Below, one piece after another: positions 60,750-64,000 of a stretch of DNA of 64,000 nt. This stretch comes from a virus. Within the stretch, counting starts at the first letter, position 1. Each line of letters begins with the position of its first letter. The notes beneath the pieces are model-generated. The model was not told the origin of the DNA, searched no databases, and saw only the letters and a list, made by a program, of their open reading frames with translations. The stretch spans positions 1 through 64,000 of IMG/VR virus record IMGVR_UViG_3300045976_000096, one strand, 5' to 3'. The translations under genes were made by a program, and so were the position numbers.

Positions 60750-61219
60750 GCGAGCGCGCCCCGATCTGCCCGTACTGTGGCCGGCCATCCAAGCTCGTCA
60801 CCGGCGCCGCCATCTACACGCCCTGCCCGCCCGACCTCCTGGCGCGCTACTTCTGGCGATGCGATCCGTGCGACGCCCACGTGGGCTGCCACCGCGCCAA
60901 CAACGGCATGCGCCAGACCTTCAACGACGGCAAGGTGCCGCTCGGGCGCCTGGCCAACCCCGAACTGCGCATGTGGAAGGGTAACGCGCATGCCGTGTTC
61001 GACGGTTACTGGCAACGCCGGCTCGACGCCGAGATTCGGTCGCGCGGCGGCCACGCGCCCAAGGGCATCAAGCAGCGCCACCGCACCGAAGCCTACAAGC
61101 GCCTGGCGCAAGACCTCAAGATCGAGCAGGACCAGTGCCACATCGGCATGTTCGATGTGGATATGTGCAAACGTGTGGTGCGCGTCGTGCGTGCCTGGAC
61201 AGGAGACAACCCGATATGA
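60746..61219 (+). CDS. DUF3268-like zinc-finger protein
   Basis: CPYCG...CDPCDAHVGCH...PLGRLA...CHIGMFD. Confidence 0.8.
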   Translation: MSERAPICPYCGRPSKLVTGAAIYTPCPPDLLARYFWRCDPCDAHVGCHRANNGMRQTFNDGKVPLGRLANPELRMWKGNAHAVFDGYWQRRLDAEIRSRGGHAPKGIKQRHRTEAYKRLAQDLKIEQDQCHIGMFDVDMCKRVVRVVRAWTGDNPI

Positions 61220-61689
61220 AGATCGACCTTCCCAAACTGCCTGAACTGAACGGCGGCGGCTATTCCGCCGACGCCCTGGCCCGGATGCTGACCGACTACG
61301 CCGAGAAGGCGGTGCGGCTGGAGCGCGAAAGGCTGCTCGGCCCGGCGGTCGACGAGCCGGTCGACCTGACCCAGGCGAAGCGCCTGATCGTCCAGTTGCG
61401 CGGGCGGGTGGCCGACCTGAACGCCGCCCTGGCCGCGCCGATCAACCTGAACTCGCGCGCCAGCGTCACGCTGTCGGCCAATGGCGCCGAAGTGTTCAAC
61501 GCCTACTACGACCGCCTGTACGCGCTGATGCCGCCGGCGGCCCAGGAATACAAGCCGGCGCGCGCCGCAGCCGGCCATGTGCATGAGGACCAGTTGTGGA
61601 GCATCCTGCAGATTTTCGGGCCGAACATCATCATGGGCATGGCTTCGCCGTTCGATCCGAATGGCATCACGATCCTCAAGCGCGTGTAG
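61216..61689 (+). CDS. Hypothetical protein
   Basis: AGGAG RBS; QLWSILQIFG. Confidence 0.65.
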   Translation: MKIDLPKLPELNGGGYSADALARMLTDYAEKAVRLERERLLGPAVDEPVDLTQAKRLIVQLRGRVADLNAALAAPINLNSRASVTLSANGAEVFNAYYDRLYALMPPAAQEYKPARAAAGHVHEDQLWSILQIFGPNIIMGMASPFDPNGITILKRV

Positions 61690-61781
61690 GCGCGCTGCGC
61701 GGCGGGTGCGCGTTGGCCACACCAGCGCCGCATGCCCGCTGCGATAATGCATTCATCGACAACAACCCAAAAGGGAAAATC

Positions 61782-61994
61782 ATGCAGCAGACCACCCGCG
61801 CGGCCCAGCCCGCCACGCCCATCACCGACCCGAGCTTCGCTTACGTGTCGTCGGCGGCGACCGACATCACGGCGACCCTCAAGCGCTTCGGCTGGACCGA
61901 GCCGGATCGCGAACGCCAGCGCGCCACCAAGCGCCGCCTGAACCCGATTGACGAGACGGGCCTGGGCGAGCAGCTGGTCGACGCGCGCCTGTAA
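61782..61994 (+). CDS. Hypothetical protein
   Basis: AAGGGA RBS; FAYVSSAATDI. Confidence 0.6.
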   Translation: MQQTTRAAQPATPITDPSFAYVSSAATDITATLKRFGWTEPDRERQRATKRRLNPIDETGLGEQLVDARL

Positions 61995-61999
61995 CGGTC

Positions 62000-62013
62000 A
62001 GTCACAACTGAGA
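62000..62013 (+). promoter_or_regulatory. Palindrome overlapping the RBS of gene 62021
   Basis: AGTCAcaacTGAGA. Confidence 0.65.
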
Positions 62014-62020
62014 GAGCAAC

Positions 62021-62467
62021 ATGGCAACAGTCTTATACCTGGACCACGACGGCAACCGGATCAGCCTTGAGCAGTACAAGGCGCATCAGGCCGACCCGAC
62101 CTACACGCAGGTACACGCCTACGACAACGGTCGTGTGCGCGCCGTCGTGACCTGGATCGGCCGCATCGTCGACCCCGGCTCGACCTTCCCGGACTACTAC
62201 AAGCTGTTCAAGGTGGAAGTCTGGAACTACACCGAGGGCGGCGAGCTGGCGAAAGATCCTGGCTATCCGAAATTCTTCCCGACCAGGGACAAGGCGGTCG
62301 AGGAATACAACTTCTTCGTCGCGCGCTGGAGCGAATCCGAGCTGGATGACGAGGGGCAGCTGATCGAGGCGGGCAACACCCTGACACCTCCGCCACCACC
62401 CAACCCGGACGCGCCAAGCTCGGCGCCGCCGGCCGACGACGACATTGCAGGAGTAGGAGCATGGTAA
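62021..62467 (+). CDS. Hypothetical protein; ends VGAW
   Basis: Pro-rich linker before the tail; palindrome upstream. Confidence 0.7.
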   Translation: MATVLYLDHDGNRISLEQYKAHQADPTYTQVHAYDNGRVRAVVTWIGRIVDPGSTFPDYYKLFKVEVWNYTEGGELAKDPGYPKFFPTRDKAVEEYNFFVARWSESELDDEGQLIEAGNTLTPPPPPNPDAPSSAPPADDDIAGVGAW

Positions 62468-62802
62468 GCAAATCGATCAAGGATAGCGACATCCTGAAGG
62501 AGGCGCGCAAGCACATCGAGCAGGACAAGTACATCGTCCTGTGCGTGGCGATCAGAAATTCATTCAGGTACTGCGGCGTCATCGAGCGCCACGCCAAGCT
62601 GATCGCCTGGATCGAGAAGATGCTCGGCCCGCACTTCTACTACTCGCACTGGCTGAAGGCAAACCATCCGGCCTTCTACCACAAACAGTACCGCAAGTGG
62701 AAGATGGGTGGCCGCTGCGGCTCGCCCTGGAAGGAAGGCCGGCTCGCCTGGCTCGACTGGATGATCGCCGAGTGCGAAAGGGAGGAGACCCAGCATGGCT
62801 AA
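62461..62802 (+). CDS. Hypothetical protein
   Basis: RLAWLDWMI; coupled ORF. Confidence 0.6.
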   Translation: MVSKSIKDSDILKEARKHIEQDKYIVLCVAIRNSFRYCGVIERHAKLIAWIEKMLGPHFYYSHWLKANHPAFYHKQYRKWKMGGRCGSPWKEGRLAWLDWMIAECEREETQHG

Positions 62803-63016
62803 GAAGGCGAACTACTCGGCGTCGAAGCGTATCAACGACGTCATCGTGGCCCTGATCCGGGCGGGCTGGGAATACCTCGGACGCAACAAGCATTCGCGCG
62901 TGCGCAGCCCGGACGGCAAGACCACGATCACGGTGCCATTCAAGATGAGCGACCACCGCGCGGAGCTGAACTGGATCAGCCAGCTTCGCCGCATGGGTGT
63001 GGAGGTGCCAGCATGA
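62795..63016 (+). CDS. HicA-like small basic protein
   Basis: GWEYLGRNKH...SPDG...ITVP...SDHR. Confidence 0.55.
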   Translation: MAKKANYSASKRINDVIVALIRAGWEYLGRNKHSRVRSPDGKTTITVPFKMSDHRAELNWISQLRRMGVEVPA

Positions 63017-63411
63017 GCAAGGAACTGCAGAAGATCCTGAAACCGGGCGACCAGATCATCGCCATCGAGGACGCCCGGTTCCCGGCGCATATCTCGAAGG
63101 AGCGCCACTACTCCCAGCGCATCGGCGACATCCTGATGGTGAACAACCCGAGGGCCTGGTCGAACAGCGTCGGCGGCACCCACCTGAACGGCCATTCGTA
63201 CGACGGCCGGCCCTCCATCGGACTGGGTGGATTGCTGAATATCGGCACCTTCCGCATGGCCACGCCGGACGATCCCGGCTTCATGGCCACACGCGCGCAG
63301 TGGGCGGACATCCGCGACGCCGAGATTCGTCGGCTGCGTGACATGAACTTCGTGCTCGGCGCATGTCTGCTCACCTGCATCGGTCTGGTCATCCTTCCCT
63401 GCCTTCGCTGA
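63013..63411 (+). CDS. Hypothetical protein with C-terminal TM segment
   Basis: GGAGG RBS, ATGA overlap. Confidence 0.65.
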   Translation: MSKELQKILKPGDQIIAIEDARFPAHISKERHYSQRIGDILMVNNPRAWSNSVGGTHLNGHSYDGRPSIGLGGLLNIGTFRMATPDDPGFMATRAQWADIRDAEIRRLRDMNFVLGACLLTCIGLVILPCLR

Positions 63412-63416
63412 AGGTG

Positions 63417-63439
63417 GCGCCTGCGGGCGCCTTTTCTTT
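63417..63439 (+). terminator. Rho-independent terminator
   Basis: GGCGCC-tgcg-GGCGCC-TTTTCTTT. Confidence 0.7.
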
Positions 63440-63782
63440 CGGCCCGGCGCCGCCTTGGCGATCCTCGGCGCTGACGCGGACCACTGCAGCCATCCTGACC
63501 CGCGCCGCACATGGCGTGATACGCGCGGGCGCGCATTTTCATCTACCCGCCTGCCCGGCCCAGGCAACGTGCAGCGCCGACCTGGCCCCGCCGCGAAACC
63601 CGCTATGCACGCCTGATCTGGACCCGTAAAGTTCACCCATCGACGCAGCGTACAGAGCGCAGCGAACGACGCAGCAAGGGCAGCGCAGCGGGCCACGAAA
63701 TTGTCCCTATCGCCATACACCGACCTGCATACTTGACCTGTCGCGATGTGCGACACCACCAAACCTTTTTATGGAGTTTGAC

Positions 63783-64000
63783 ATGGCAGCGAAAAAGAAC
63801 AAAGCGACGGACGGCAACCTGAACGTGGCGAGCGACACCGTCGCGGGGCCGGAAGACGCGGTGCTGGCGGGGCTGCTCGAAGAACTGGAAGTGGCCGATC
63901 CGACCGTGCAGCCCGACGGCGCGAGCGGCGACGAAATCCTGGAAATCGAACCCGATGCCTCAGCGGTGGGTGTCGCCGACGAACTGATCGGCGAGGTGAG
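63783..64000 (+). CDS. Acidic hypothetical protein, 3'-truncated by the window edge
   Basis: GGAG RBS; MAAKKNKATDG...AGLLEELE. Confidence 0.65.
   Translation, partial: MAAKKNKATDGNLNVASDTVAGPEDAVLAGLLEELEVADPTVQPDGASGDEILEIEPDASAVGVADELIGEV

Overview
64 kb from a large GC-rich tailed phage genome, almost entirely + strand. Gene content and order suggest an SSU5/pHCM2-type phage or phage-plasmid (inference); a conserved host-like HTH gene hints at an Oxalobacteraceae host. 1-12.1 kb: tail fibre, tail/structural genes and lysis cassette (GH19 endolysin, holin candidates, overlapping spanins). 12.1-50 kb: replication, recombination and nucleotide metabolism (PhoH, Hfq-like protein, DnaB-like helicase, primase, ATP-dependent ligase, CobT/CobS-like vWA-AAA+ pair, sigma-like factor, DnaE fused to a UDG-like domain, gp32-like SSB, 5'-3' exonuclease, RecA, SbcCD, RuvC, NrdAB, ThyX, MazG-like). 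50-64 kb: small accessory genes, including a GIY-YIG homing endonuclease. Most notable signals: (1) eight unrelated proteins share a C-terminal tag, roughly [W/F]-G-[S/T/A]-[W/F]-stop; (2) about 21 copies of a palindrome AGTCA-N4-TGACT at promoters; (3) a second promoter class, CCTGA-N10-(-10), plus a shared leader hairpin; (4) a 33-bp direct repeat bracketing the nrdAB cassette; (5) a homing endonuclease that appears to have replaced its target gene's 3' end; (6) orphan HigA-like, HicA-like and mini-terminase-like genes. All product calls come from motif recognition by eye; no database searches were run.
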